The notes below the pieces were generated by a model. The model worked only from the letters and a program-made list of their open reading frames with translations. It did no database searches and had not been told where the DNA came from. Both the position numbers and the translations under genes were made by a program. A stretch of 64,000 nt of DNA, from positions 2,016,001-2,080,000 of the forward strand of contig CBDCJV010000002.1 of NCBI GenBank assembly GCA_965217895.1, written 5' to 3'. The stretch comes from Waterburya sp. Lineage in GTDB: Bacteria > Cyanobacteriota > Cyanobacteriia > Cyanobacteriales > Xenococcaceae. Below, piece by piece: positions 9,724 through 20,526 of this stretch (positions are counted from its first letter, which is position 1; each line of letters opens with the position of its first letter).

Positions 9724-11217
9724 CTAATAGCTAATAACCCTATTGTTTTCAAGCGTAAACTTTGAATCAGTGACGTTTGTTTCGTTTTTTAGATTAGAGT
9801 AAGCTTCTTTGCTATTGGTAAAATCTTCGTGATAAGAACGCTCAACATTAACATTCCAGAGATCGTGTTTTTCACCCAGAATATTTTTCGCTGCTAATAA
9901 ACCAGTTAACATTGAATGGTCGCTGTTATTATAACGGTGCATACCATTGCGACCTATCGTTTGTAGGTTCTCAAATTTCTGAATGTATTCCTGGATGATT
10001 TTCACATTCTGACGATATTCATCATCATAGACAGGATAGGCTTTAAACTGACGTATTACCGTACCGTCTTCAATATTAACTTCTGGATCTACTAGACCTA
10101 GAGCTTTAACTTCACGGCTGGCTAATTCCACTAATTGCTCGTTGCACATTTGCCATAGCTCGTCACCCTCGTTACAAAAGTATTCCATTCCTAAACAGGT
10201 TTTACTTTGATCGCGAACCATTGCTTTACTCCAGTTTTTGAAGTTTTGGATTCTGCCTACCTTAAATTCTGGACTATGGATATAAATCCAGTTATCAGGA
10301 AATAGTTCAGCTTTGTCTACTACTAAAGAAACTATTAGGAAATCTCGATATTTAAGACTGTTAGCAGCTTTTAGCACTGCTTCTGGAGGTGCAGGATTGA
10401 GTTTTTTTAGTAATAAAGATACAGGCATACTAGAAACAAAGTTTTCTCCCACAACCTTGCTAGTTGAACCATTTTGTTTAATGGTAACGCTATTGACTCG
10501 GTAACCATCCCGTTCTATTTTAACCACCTCAGTATTAAGATGTACGGGTGAACCTTTACTATTTAACTTTTCTTGAAAACGCTCCCACATTTGCCCAGGA
10601 CCATATACGGGATAGTTAAATTCTTTAATTAAAGTTTTAGTATCATTACTGCCAAACAAGGCGTTAGTTATGGCTTTTTTAAGGGACAAGCCTTTAATGC
10701 GTTGTGCTGCCCAATCTGCTCTAATTTCTGTACAGGGTATACCCCAAACCTTTTCTGTATAAGTTTTAAAAAAAGTTTTAAATAAGCGTTTGCCAAAGCG
10801 ATTAGAAACCCACTGCTCAAAATTATCCTCTACGGGATTGGGTTTGATTTTGGCTTTAAAATAGCTCCACATAATTAGGGTGCTATTGATTAGACCTAAA
10901 TTAGATAAGGCATTGTAAGGTTCTAAAGGGTAATTGAAGAACTTGCTCTTATAATAGATTCTGGACAGGCGAGGAACTTTAATAAATTCATCCCCCATAA
11001 CTTCTTGCCAAAGCTGTTCTACTTCTCCAACTTTAGTAAAAAATCGATGCCCACCAATGTCGAAGCGGTAGCCTTTATAAGTTTCTGTGCGGGATATGCC
11101 ACCAACGCGATCTGCTTTTTCAAACACAACTGATTTCTTGCCGTGCTTACTTAGTTCATAAGCAGCAGTTAGACCAGCAGGACCACCACCAATAACAACT
11201 GTCGGGATTTGATTCAT
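9724..11217 (-). CDS. FAD-dependent oxidoreductase (protoporphyrinogen oxidase/UDP-galactopyranose mutase-like) of glycan clusters
   Basis: GGGPAG FAD motif, DIGGHRFFTK and GRNGMHRYNN; probable start MNQIP. Confidence 0.82.
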   Translation of the reverse strand: MNQIPTVVIGGGPAGLTAAYELSKHGKKSVVFEKADRVGGISRTETYKGYRFDIGGHRFFTKVGEVEQLWQEVMGDEFIKVPRLSRIYYKSKFFNYPLEPYNALSNLGLINSTLIMWSYFKAKIKPNPVEDNFEQWVSNRFGKRLFKTFFKTYTEKVWGIPCTEIRADWAAQRIKGLSLKKAITNALFGSNDTKTLIKEFNYPVYGPGQMWERFQEKLNSKGSPVHLNTEVVKIERDGYRVNSVTIKQNGSTSKVVGENFVSSMPVSLLLKKLNPAPPEAVLKAANSLKYRDFLIVSLVVDKAELFPDNWIYIHSPEFKVGRIQNFKNWSKAMVRDQSKTCLGMEYFCNEGDELWQMCNEQLVELASREVKALGLVDPEVNIEDGTVIRQFKAYPVYDDEYRQNVKIIQEYIQKFENLQTIGRNGMHRYNNSDHSMLTGLLAAKNILGEKHDLWNVNVERSYHEDFTNSKEAYSNLKNETNVTDSKFTLENNRVISY

Positions 11218-11687
11218 AATGATTACCTGCAAATAATTTTGGATCGTTATATGTTTAACCTGTCTTTAAGGCAATCATTGATTTGGCAAGAAAACTTTCA
11301 AAGCAAATATGATGATTGGCAATTTGAACAAATATTTATTGCAGTTGAACATTAGTATTTTTGTTCAAATTCACTACACAATATAGGTATTTTGTAAATG
11401 TTTTTAGTGTTGCCATGATGATAGTGTTAGCAATATTACCATGCAATTAAGTATTTTTACTCTTAACGGTAATTATAAGTTCAAAAAAAATCTTATGTAA
11501 GATACGCTGTGCAAACTTCATATAATTTTTACATGAAAAGTCGCTTTAGCCTGTACAAAATAAAGTTGGCGTGAAACAAAATATCTTGAATGCAATTTAA
11601 GTTTTTAAGTTAGTGTTATTTTAATTGAAACTAAAGTTAAAGATGCGATCGCCTTCTATGAATAAAGATTTGCATATCTAAGCAAAT

Positions 11688-12974
11688 ATGAAGACGGCGC
11701 AAAAAGTAACCGTAATAGCATTACTGTGGTTAATGTTCGTTAATCCTGGCAGCATAACTAATCTTGATACTGAGCGCAGATTAAATATGTCTCATGCCTG
11801 GTGGACTGGAACTGAAGAAAGTTTTCCAGGAAACAAGGTAGTGATTAACATTAATGGCAAAAATTATATTCCCTATGACTTGGGGCAGTCAATGCTTATG
11901 CTTCCAGGGGATTGGCTGGGAGATAAACTTGGTCAAAATCTTGACAACGAAAAAGAACGTCAATATTTTAGGGAAGCAGTTGTCAGCTTCTTAATTTTCT
12001 TACCAATAAATTTGCTAGCTGTACTAACTTGCTTTAAATTTTTACAGCTTATTGGTTATTCAGAAAGAATTGCTGGACTATCCAGTATTGTTTGGCTTCT
12101 AGGAACTAGCGTCTTATTCTACTCTAGTTTTCATCAGCAAAATAATCAAATACTGCTGTTTGTCTTAATTGGTTATCAAGCTGCTTTAGCTTATATTATC
12201 AAAAATAAGAAATTTCTGGCGATATTGAGCGGAGCGAGCTTAGGAATTGCTTTTCTAATCAGAATTACTAGTATTTTATACGCAGTCAGCGTTCTAATAT
12301 TTTTGATAGGATGCGTCTTTAGTAAACGTAATAAAAATTTGATGCACCATTACGTCCATCAGCAAGGTAGCGAAGATGCTTCGACTTTTTGGTCTGGTTT
12401 TGGTGTCATTAAGCGCGAACTATTTTTAAAATTGGATGGCTTTGATATCAAACGTTATCTCCGTCCTAGTATTGAAGATATCGATCTAGGTTATCGGCTA
12501 AAACAAACTGGTGCAAAAATTTATTTGGCTAAGGAATTACAGGTAAAGCATCATAAAGCCTGGAAGCTATTTGGTTTAATTAAAACAGATGTATTTGATC
12601 GGGGTATTCCCTGGACAATATTGCTTCTTAGCAACAAATCAAATCGGATTAATGATTTAAACCTGCAAACCAATAGTCGTATTAGCGCAATTGCCACCTA
12701 TAGTTTGCTTCTTTGTCTCTTAGCTAGTATTTTCTATGCTGCTGCAATTGTTCCCAGTCTCATATTAACTATGTTGCTTTTAATTCTGAACTGGGATATA
12801 TACCTGTTTTTTTATCAAAAACGTGGTTTTTGGTTTGCTTTGAGAGTAATTCCCTTGCATTGGCTATATTACTTTTATGCAGCATTATCTTTCGTCATCG
12901 GCACTTTAGCATATTGGAAAACTAATTTGTTGAGCAAAGACACAATTTCTGTCGAATTTCCAGCTTCATCTTAA
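11688..12974 (+). CDS. Chimeric glycosyltransferase: N-terminal GT-C-like membrane half fused to the C-terminal half of a GT2
   Basis: Hydrophobic N-half; from NLMHHYVHQ...STFWSG...PSIEDIDLGYRL it is a GT2 C-half lacking the N-terminal nucleotide-binding motifs. Confidence 0.6.
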   Translation: MKTAQKVTVIALLWLMFVNPGSITNLDTERRLNMSHAWWTGTEESFPGNKVVININGKNYIPYDLGQSMLMLPGDWLGDKLGQNLDNEKERQYFREAVVSFLIFLPINLLAVLTCFKFLQLIGYSERIAGLSSIVWLLGTSVLFYSSFHQQNNQILLFVLIGYQAALAYIIKNKKFLAILSGASLGIAFLIRITSILYAVSVLIFLIGCVFSKRNKNLMHHYVHQQGSEDASTFWSGFGVIKRELFLKLDGFDIKRYLRPSIEDIDLGYRLKQTGAKIYLAKELQVKHHKAWKLFGLIKTDVFDRGIPWTILLLSNKSNRINDLNLQTNSRISAIATYSLLLCLLASIFYAAAIVPSLILTMLLLILNWDIYLFFYQKRGFWFALRVIPLHWLYYFYAALSFVIGTLAYWKTNLLSKDTISVEFPASS

Positions 12975-12992
12975 TAAGATATTACTTAACGT

Positions 12993-14342
12993 TTATTGCA
13001 AAACTTGGGTCAATGTCTCGACAAAGTTAGGATAAGAAATTGAAGCTGCTTCGGCACGGTGAATAGTCGTTTTTCCTTTGGCATTTAAAGCTGCGATCGC
13101 TAAACTCATGGCGATCCGATGATCCGTAAAGCTATCAACTTGTGCGCCTTTAAGTTGCTTCCCGCCAGTAATTTCTAAGCCATCACTTAATTCGCTAATA
13201 TTTGCCCCCATTTTGCCTAATTCTGTTGCCATGGCTGCCAGGCGATCGCTTTCTTTGACTCTTAATTCTGCTGCATCCTTAATCACCGTTGTTCCTTCGG
13301 CAAAAGCAGCAGCAACCGCTAGGATGGGTATTTCATCAATTAGACGGGGAATGATATCTCCTGATATTTCACAGGCTTTTAGCTGACTGTATTTAACTCG
13401 CAAGTCTGCCACAGGTTCACCTGCTACAGTTCGCTCATTCTCACGCCCGATGTCTGCTTCCATCATCGCTAAAGCTTCTAATACCCCCGTGCGGGTAGGA
13501 TTTACCCCGACATTGGTAATCAGCAAATCTGAACCAGGAACAATTGCCCCAGCCACTAGCCAAAAAGCAGCCGAACTTATATCTCCAGGGACAACAACCT
13601 GTTGTCCTTTTAGTTCTGGTTGTCCTGTTAAAGTAACGCTATGGGTATCAGCATCAATAGCTAAAGTTGCGCCAAAAGCTTGCAACATTCTTTCACTATG
13701 ATCGCGGGATAAGGCAGGTTCGGTTACGGTAGTTTTGCCCTCTACCATTAAGCCTGCCAATAACACACAGGATTTAACCTGTGCCGAGGCAATGGGAGAA
13801 TAATAGTGTGTTGGTTTTAGCTGTTGTCCTTTTACCGCTAAGGGCGCGAGAGAATTGCCTTTTCTGCCCCAAATTCTTGCTCCCATTTGCTCTAGTGGCT
13901 CGATCACCCGCGACATGGGACGCGATCGCAATGAGTTGTCCCCTGTTACTGTAAATAAACGATCTGGGACAGAAGCTAACAACCCTAACATCAAGCGCAT
14001 AGTAGTCCCTGAGTTGCCAGCATCTAAGATGTCTGGAGGCTCTTGGAGATTGCCTAAACCGACTCCTCGCACTACTACTCTTTGGGAATTTAATTCGGAG
14101 ATCTCTGCCCCCATTGCCTGAAAACAGGCTGCTGTGCTGCGAGGATCTTCTCCCAACAGTAAACCTTCAATTACTGTTTCTCCCTTGGCGATCGCTCCTA
14201 GCATCAAGGCACGATGAGAAATAGACTTATCCCCAGGAATAGTAATATTACCTTTGACTGCAATTCCCGTACTACAAGGGTTGATCGATAACGTTTGAGA
14301 ATTTAACACGCTGTTTTGAATGCTTACAAAAGGAGAAGCCAT
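12993..14342 (-). CDS. aroA: EPSP synthase
   Basis: [30 protein letters not shown] and DHRIAM motifs. Confidence 0.97.
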   Translation of the reverse strand: MASPFVSIQNSVLNSQTLSINPCSTGIAVKGNITIPGDKSISHRALMLGAIAKGETVIEGLLLGEDPRSTAACFQAMGAEISELNSQRVVVRGVGLGNLQEPPDILDAGNSGTTMRLMLGLLASVPDRLFTVTGDNSLRSRPMSRVIEPLEQMGARIWGRKGNSLAPLAVKGQQLKPTHYYSPIASAQVKSCVLLAGLMVEGKTTVTEPALSRDHSERMLQAFGATLAIDADTHSVTLTGQPELKGQQVVVPGDISSAAFWLVAGAIVPGSDLLITNVGVNPTRTGVLEALAMMEADIGRENERTVAGEPVADLRVKYSQLKACEISGDIIPRLIDEIPILAVAAAFAEGTTVIKDAAELRVKESDRLAAMATELGKMGANISELSDGLEITGGKQLKGAQVDSFTDHRIAMSLAIAALNAKGKTTIHRAEAASISYPNFVETLTQVLQ

Positions 14343-14484
14343 AAGTAGGTAATAGGTAGTAGGTCAGAATAATTAACAGATTAGAACAAAATGGCGATCG
14401 CCCATTTAGTCTGTAGGTATTACCAATTGCTGATTATTTGCCAAGTTTAACGTTTTTTTACGGCTCTAACTGCCCTAACTGTTG

Positions 14485-15075
14485 TTAATGAACGACAATA
14501 ATATTTCTTTCAGGACGGCTTAAGAAACCTTCTTGTTCTAGCTGATTAATCAACTTAGTAACTGATACTCTAGTTGCACCAATAATTTCAGCCAAATCTT
14601 GGTGAGTTAGGCGCATATCGATTAGCTGCCCGATTTCAACTTCAGTTCCAAACTTCTGCGCTAGCCAAATCAGCATTTTGCATAACCGTTGATATATTTT
14701 TTCCGAATGCAGAATAGAAAGTAATTCTTCAGTTTGCTGGGTGTGTTTAACAATTAATTCCGTCATATTCTCCGCCTGCGCTACGGGAATGTTCATAGCT
14801 TCAACGTAAGTCAAACATTTCACTCTGCAAGGATAAACCAGAAGTAAAGGCTGACCTATTAAGTCATCTTTCCCCCAATATCCGAGGGTAATAGGGTTTT
14901 CTTCATCTGTATAAGCAATAGTTTTAACAATACCTTGTTGCAATAACCAAAAAGAATCTAGTTTTAGAGGAAGCAATTCACCAGCAACAAATGTTCGATG
15001 CTCTATCTTGGAATGGAAATTATCTTGCATCAGGATCTTACTTCGAATGGATGTATTGAAAATTAATATTACCAA
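14485..15075 (-). CDS. Crp/Fnr-family transcriptional regulator (start probably MQDNF at ~15030)
   Basis: LTHQDLAEIIGATRVSVT HTH. Confidence 0.88.
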   Translation of the reverse strand: MVILIFNTSIRSKILMQDNFHSKIEHRTFVAGELLPLKLDSFWLLQQGIVKTIAYTDEENPITLGYWGKDDLIGQPLLLVYPCRVKCLTYVEAMNIPVAQAENMTELIVKHTQQTEELLSILHSEKIYQRLCKMLIWLAQKFGTEVEIGQLIDMRLTHQDLAEIIGATRVSVTKLINQLEQEGFLSRPERNIIVVH

Positions 15076-15088
15076 ATAACTGGGTTTG

Positions 15089-15375
15089 GTAGAGTCGAGG
15101 GAGGTTATTAAGCTTCGCCCCTCTGTGTTAGAGCTGGGCGGGTGATTTTCATTGCACCCAGCTCTCGATATTCTTAGCTTTCGCTTTTGCTCAAAGGAGT
15201 GCTACGAAACTTGCCGTTTTTCTGTACTTTAAAGTACTAGCCTAGCAAGTCAAATCCATCTGTCGTGGCGGTTAGCTTGGTTTTCTGCTCACTGACTTTC
15301 ATTCCTCTTGTCGCTAGAAATTCGCTAATTTTTTCAAGTTCAAAGCGTCCTCCAAACGTGAGTGATTTTTGACCA
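15089..15375 (-). mobile_element. Group II intron relic: RT fragments plus domains V-VI and 3' end
   Basis: Minus strand encodes KISEFLATRGMKVSEQKTKLTATTDGFDLLG*YFKVQKNGKFRSTP, homologous to the RT at 59.8-60.4 kb; it is followed by GAGCTGGGTGCAATGAAAATCACCCGCCCAGCTC (DV-like) and ...CGACTCTAC. Confidence 0.8.
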
Positions 15376-15489
15376 TAGAATACCGCTTCGCATTTAAGGC
15401 ATATAAATTCAAACTCTACGAAAATAGGCGAAATAGATACTTGAAACGAAGTATTAATGCTTCGGCTTGTTCCACTCTCGTCGCGATTC

Positions 15490-15536
15490 CAGAATCCTAA
15501 GCGCGAAGCATTGCTTTAGCAAGAGGAGTACGTCAA
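15490..15536 (+). mobile_element. IS200/IS605-family right-end remnant
   Basis: GAATCC...GCTTTAGC..GAGGAGTACGTCAA resembles the cyanobacterial IS605 right end; no tnpB present. Confidence 0.45.
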
Positions 15537-15845
15537 ATGAGCCGGTGAGGTTTAACTACAGTCGCAAGAAATTGCGATATTTTCTGAGAAAATTTATGAT
15601 GGTTATTTAATCTAAGACTGGATAAAAAGCCATGCTGAAGGTATTCTTTATTTCTCTAATGGGTTTTCTTAGCCTATATATATTAAGAGGATTGGGCTTT
15701 CTTACCTTTATTTCGGGAGGAGTGATTATAATCTTGTTACTGATGGCGATTATATCTGGCTTGATATGGGGTATTGCCAAGACCAGAAGGTATTAGATTT
15801 CCTGCATCAATCAAATGTCTTGGTTAGAAGTGAAATAAAAAGTAA

Positions 15846-17099
15846 ATGTGTCAGGCAGAGAGGGTAATTGTTATTGGTGGTGGTGCAGCGGGTTTTTTTG
15901 GTGCGATCGCCTGTGCAGAAGTCAATCCCCAACTCAAAGTAACTTTAATTGAAGCTGGACAAAAACCTTTGGCTAAAGTTCGCATATCTGGTGGTGGCAG
16001 ATGTAATGTAACCCATCACTGTTTCGATCCTGCACGTTTGATTGAACATTACCCTAGAGGCGGAAAAGCTTTACGGGGTGCATTTACCCGTTTTCAACCC
16101 CAGGATACGGTGCAGTGGTATGAGTCACGCGGGGTAAAGTTAAAAACTGAAGCTGACGGCAGAATGTTTCCTGTTACTGATGATTCCCAAACAATTATTA
16201 ATTGCCTAATGAAAGCAGCAGATAAGGCAGGTGTGAAATTGTTAACTGGGACTGGGGTAAAGACAGTTAAGCAATTTTATGACGAAGAAAATAAAAGTTA
16301 TTTTCAGGTTGAATTAAAAAACGGTAAAATTTTCGAGGGCGATCGCCTGTTAATCGCTACAGGTAGTAATCCTTTAGGATATCGCTGGGCAAAAAACTTA
16401 GGACACAAAATTGAGCCAGCAGTTCCATCATTATTTACTTTAAATGTCAAAGATCTTCGTTTACAAAGTTTAGCGGGAGTAAGCGTTGGTAATGCTCAAG
16501 TTAAGCTAGGTACGGGCAAGCATAAAATAGAACAAGCAGGGGCGTTATTAATTACCCATTGGGGCGTAAGTGGCCCTGCTATCCTGAAACTATCTGCTTG
16601 GAGTGCCAGATTTTTATACGATCTTAAATATGATTCTGGTTTACAAATTAATTGGCTACCTGAATATAACCAAGAGACTTTGAAGCAAAAGTTGATAACA
16701 GTAAAAGAAACTAATTCTAAGAGAAAGATAGTTAATTACTGTCCTGTAGAATTGCCCAAACGTCTTTGGCAAAGCTTTGTTAGCCATGTAGAAATTAAGC
16801 CAGACAAAATTTGGTCAGAGATCGCTAAAAAAGAATTAAATAAACTGGTGTTGGAGATAGTGCAAGGACAGTATGAGGTCAAGGGCAAAGGAGTATTCAA
16901 AGAAGAATTTGTTACCTGTGGCGGAGTAAGTCTTAAAGAAGTAAATTTTAAGACCATGGAAAGCAAAAAATGTCCTGGGCTTTATTTTGCAGGAGAAGTA
17001 TTAGATATAGACGGTGTAACAGGCGGGTTTAATTTTCAAAGTGCCTGGACGACTGCTTGGTTAGCAGGTCAAGCGATCGCTGCTGCGACCAATAATTAA
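15846..17099 (+). CDS. HI0933/YhiN(BaiN)-family flavoprotein
   Basis: GGGAAG, ISGGGRCNVT, VTCGGV and DGVTGGFNFQ motifs. Confidence 0.92.
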   Translation: MCQAERVIVIGGGAAGFFGAIACAEVNPQLKVTLIEAGQKPLAKVRISGGGRCNVTHHCFDPARLIEHYPRGGKALRGAFTRFQPQDTVQWYESRGVKLKTEADGRMFPVTDDSQTIINCLMKAADKAGVKLLTGTGVKTVKQFYDEENKSYFQVELKNGKIFEGDRLLIATGSNPLGYRWAKNLGHKIEPAVPSLFTLNVKDLRLQSLAGVSVGNAQVKLGTGKHKIEQAGALLITHWGVSGPAILKLSAWSARFLYDLKYDSGLQINWLPEYNQETLKQKLITVKETNSKRKIVNYCPVELPKRLWQSFVSHVEIKPDKIWSEIAKKELNKLVLEIVQGQYEVKGKGVFKEEFVTCGGVSLKEVNFKTMESKKCPGLYFAGEVLDIDGVTGGFNFQSAWTTAWLAGQAIAAATNN

Positions 17100-17147
17100 A
17101 TACGCTTTGTGTGAATTAGCTTCGTTCAAACTAACTTGTACGCAGCT

Positions 17148-17186
17148 CTTAGCTATTAGCTTTTAGCCTTTAGCCTTTAGCCTTTA
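17148..17186. repeat. Heptamer tandem repeat (TTTAGCC-like)
   Basis: cttagctattagcttttagcctttagcctttagcctttag. Confidence 0.7.
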
Positions 17187-17280
17187 GAATAGATACTAGG
17201 AAGATCGGGAAAATTATCTTTTCTTCTTGACCTATTGCCGTTAATCTAGATAAGGTAAAGTTACAGTCAGGACTAAAGTT

Positions 17281-18573
17281 GTGGCTTTCAAAATTGGGTT
17301 ATTAGGATACGGGACAGTTGGTACAGGCACAGCAGAAATTATTCTCGATCCATCGGGAAGAAACAATTTGCTGAGGGAAATAGAAATAGCGAAGGTGGGG
17401 GTCAGATCCCTTGATAAACCACGATCGCCTGAACTATCCCCAGGAGTTTTGACGACGGATTTAGAAACTATTGTTAGCGATCCTGAGATTGATATTATAG
17501 TTGAACTTTTAGGTGGATTAGAGCCGTCGCGATCGCTAATTCTCCAAGCCATAGCCAACGGTAAACATATTGTTACAGCTAATAAAGCCGTAATTGCGCG
17601 TCATGGCGCAGAAATTTATACAGCAGCTAACAAGGCTGGCGTGTATGTCTTACTAGAAGCAGCCGTAGGTGGAGGAATACCAGTAATTAAACCTCTTAAA
17701 CAGTCTTTAGGAGTCAATCGCATCCAGACTGTAACGGGAATTATCAACGGCACAACTAACTACATCTTGACCCAAATGACTCAAGAGGGAGCAGATTTTG
17801 CCGATGTCCTGGCTGAGGCACAAAAGTTAGGCTATGCTGAAGCCGATCCCACTGCGGACGTTGATGGTTACGATGCTGCGGATAAAATTGCTATTCTGGC
17901 TGCGATCGCTTTTGGTGGCAGAATAAAACGAGAAGACATTCCCTGTGAAGGCATTCGTCAGATAAACGCTACAGATATCAGTTATGCTGACGATTTAGGC
18001 TTTGTAATCAAGCTACTGGCGATCGCTAAAGCAAGCCAAGATAATGATTCTCTTCAGGTTAGGGTTCATCCTACTTTAGTATCCAAAGAACATCCTTTGG
18101 CAAATGTAAATGGTGTTTACAACGCTATTCTGGTAGAAGGTGAACCTCTAGGACAAGTTATGTTTTTTGGACCTGGAGCGGGAAAAGGAGCAACGGCTAG
18201 CGCGGTAGTATCAGATATTGTCAATATTGTAAGTATTTTGCAGACAAGTAGCACGAGTCAAAAACTAGATCCTTTGCTGCGTTGTTCCCACGAACACTTT
18301 AAAGAGCTTACGCCTGTTGCAGACATTAAAACCCGTTTTTATGCTCGTTTTCTTTGCGAAGATGTTTCAGGGGTAATTGGTCATTTGGGTACTAGCTTTG
18401 GCAATCATAATGTCAGCCTAGAATCAGTAGTGCAAATTGGTTTCCGTGACTCTTTAGCCGAAATCGTCGTTGTTACCCATGATGTCCAAGAAGGTAACTT
18501 TCGTGACTCTTTAGCCGAAATTAAAAACCTAGAGGCGATTAATAGTATTCCTAGCATTCTGAGAGTTTTATAA
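17281..18573 (+). CDS. hom: Homoserine dehydrogenase with C-terminal ACT domain
   Basis: GYGTVG, VTANK, EAAVGGGIP, NGTTNYIL and GYAEADP motifs. Confidence 0.95.
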   Translation: MAFKIGLLGYGTVGTGTAEIILDPSGRNNLLREIEIAKVGVRSLDKPRSPELSPGVLTTDLETIVSDPEIDIIVELLGGLEPSRSLILQAIANGKHIVTANKAVIARHGAEIYTAANKAGVYVLLEAAVGGGIPVIKPLKQSLGVNRIQTVTGIINGTTNYILTQMTQEGADFADVLAEAQKLGYAEADPTADVDGYDAADKIAILAAIAFGGRIKREDIPCEGIRQINATDISYADDLGFVIKLLAIAKASQDNDSLQVRVHPTLVSKEHPLANVNGVYNAILVEGEPLGQVMFFGPGAGKGATASAVVSDIVNIVSILQTSSTSQKLDPLLRCSHEHFKELTPVADIKTRFYARFLCEDVSGVIGHLGTSFGNHNVSLESVVQIGFRDSLAEIVVVTHDVQEGNFRDSLAEIKNLEAINSIPSILRVL

Positions 18574-18621
18574 TTTTGGGGTTGCAAAAATAAGAAATAA
18601 ATTTACACACCAAAATAACAA

Positions 18622-19029
18622 TCAGCTTTCTTGATACAAAGAGACAGGGAGATGATGGGAGTAGTGAATGAAGTCTTTGTCGTTTGTATATATCTCCATT
18701 TTTAATCTAGTCGATACTGCACAAATCAAAAAATCAGTATGAGAACCTTGGATTCCTTTTTTTCGGCATAGGTTTGAATATTCAGCAGCAAATTCGTAAT
18801 CTAAATCTATCACCTGCTCGTTAGGAAAATACCGCAGTTTATCTCGCAGTTTTTCATAACGGGAAAAATCACTATAACCAGAAAGTACTTCTTGTCTGAT
18901 CGAGCCAATAATCTTGGCACGATTTTCATTTATAAGTATAGTTAGTTCTTCAGCAACTTTTTTATTTTTTAATATTCTGCCCCTCAAGGCAAAAGACCAT
19001 ATACAAGTGTCAATAATTACGCCACTCAT
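18622..19029 (-). CDS. vapC: VapC-family PIN-domain toxin
   Basis: IIDTCIW, QEVLSG, DFLI and TNDKDF acidic PIN residues; overlaps the antitoxin stop. Confidence 0.88.
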   Translation of the reverse strand: MSGVIIDTCIWSFALRGRILKNKKVAEELTILINENRAKIIGSIRQEVLSGYSDFSRYEKLRDKLRYFPNEQVIDLDYEFAAEYSNLCRKKGIQGSHTDFLICAVSTRLKMEIYTNDKDFIHYSHHLPVSLYQES

Positions 19030-19220
19030 CTACGTCTTTGCTTATAATCATAGTCTTCATCACTAGGAAAAATTCCAAATAAATTGATAATTTCTTGTTG
19101 TTTTCTTCTTTGAACAAATTCTTTTAATGCTTGATTTACAGTATCCTTTTTAGTGCGAAAACCACCAACCTGTAAAGCTTCTTCCAATAATTTTGGATCT
19201 ATTGATAAATTTGTAGCCAT
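19026..19220 (-). CDS. vapB: VapB-family antitoxin
   Basis: MATNLSIDPKLLEEA...KKDTVNQALKEF; ATGA overlap with the PIN gene. Confidence 0.88.
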   Translation of the reverse strand: MATNLSIDPKLLEEALQVGGFRTKKDTVNQALKEFVQRRKQQEIINLFGIFPSDEDYDYKQRRR

Positions 19221-19328
19221 AATCACACTAAAATTCACACATTTACTTACACATCATAGCGTATTGTAAACATTGAGCATTGAGTATCAAAATAATCAAC
19301 TGTTGTCTAGATTTAGAAAGCCCCCAAA

Positions 19329-20342
19329 ATGTTACAAAAAAGCGATCGCACTGACAAAAGCAATAGAACCTGTATCATTATTGGCGGTGGAATTTCAGGC
19401 TTGATTACCGCTACAGTTTTGCAGCGTCAGGGAATTAAAGTAACAGTATTAGATAAAGGTAGAGGCATTGGCGGACGTTTGGCAACTCGGCGGATTAAGT
19501 ACTCAGAATCTATAGTTGGAGTGTTTGACTATGGTACGCAGTATTTCAGCGTTGAGCAGCCTGAGTTTCAAGTTTGGGTGGATGAATGGTTACAGCAGGG
19601 AGTAATCAAAGAATGGTGTCAGGGTTTTGGCGAGGCAGACGGCAAACCCCGTTATTGTGGTGTAAACGGCACTCGTGGCATTGCTAAATATTTAGCACAG
19701 GATTTAGATGTTCATCTTGATACGAGGGTAGTAAAGGTTAGTTATGACAAGCATTGGCTGGTGGAAACAGAAAATAAGCAGCTTTATCAGGCAGATATGT
19801 TGCTTATGACTCTTCCTGTACCTCAAGCTCTAGATTTATTAGATGCTTCTCTAATAGTTCTACCATTAGAAATTAGATTTTCTTTAGAAAGCATTACTTA
19901 TCATCGCTGTATTGCTGTTTTAGCTCTACTAGAAAGACCCAGCAATATACCCGCACCAGGGGGTATGACCTTAGAAGATGATTATTTAGTTTGGTTGGCT
20001 GATAATCATCAAAAAGGCATTTCTCCTAATGGTTATGCTGTGACGCTTCATGCTACCTCTGGTTTTAGTGATGATTATTGGAATAGTGATGAGGCTGAAA
20101 TTGCCTATAAATTGCTGAGTGCAGCAGCCGATTATTTGGGTTCGACTGTAATCAAATATGAGATACATCGTTGGCGTTACAGCTTACCCAAAACTTTTTA
20201 TTTTGAACCTTGCTTAGCTTTATTAGAATTACCTTTGATCTTTGCAGGAGATGGCTTTGTTGCACCCAAAATAGAAGGTGCTGTTTTGTCAGGTATGGCA
20301 GCAGGAAAACTAATTAGTCAGAGGTTTGGCTTAAAGAGCTAG
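19329..20342 (+). CDS. Renalase-like NAD(P)/FAD-dependent oxidoreductase
   Basis: GGGISG, DKGRGIGGRLATRR, FDYGTQYF and HRWRYS motifs. Confidence 0.88.
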   Translation: MLQKSDRTDKSNRTCIIIGGGISGLITATVLQRQGIKVTVLDKGRGIGGRLATRRIKYSESIVGVFDYGTQYFSVEQPEFQVWVDEWLQQGVIKEWCQGFGEADGKPRYCGVNGTRGIAKYLAQDLDVHLDTRVVKVSYDKHWLVETENKQLYQADMLLMTLPVPQALDLLDASLIVLPLEIRFSLESITYHRCIAVLALLERPSNIPAPGGMTLEDDYLVWLADNHQKGISPNGYAVTLHATSGFSDDYWNSDEAEIAYKLLSAAADYLGSTVIKYEIHRWRYSLPKTFYFEPCLALLELPLIFAGDGFVAPKIEGAVLSGMAAGKLISQRFGLKS

Positions 20343-20526
20343 AAACTAATATGAATTTCCAAAAAGAATAATACGAATCAGGTGACGAGGTGAAGTTATG
20401 TTTCTCCAAGTCCCCAAGTCTCCCAGATAAATGAGTGCGTATCCTCAGTTATCAACGGGAAATACAAACTAGAAGAGAAAATTACTAGACTATAAATAAT
20501 AGCTAGCTTAATCTTTCTTAACCAAC

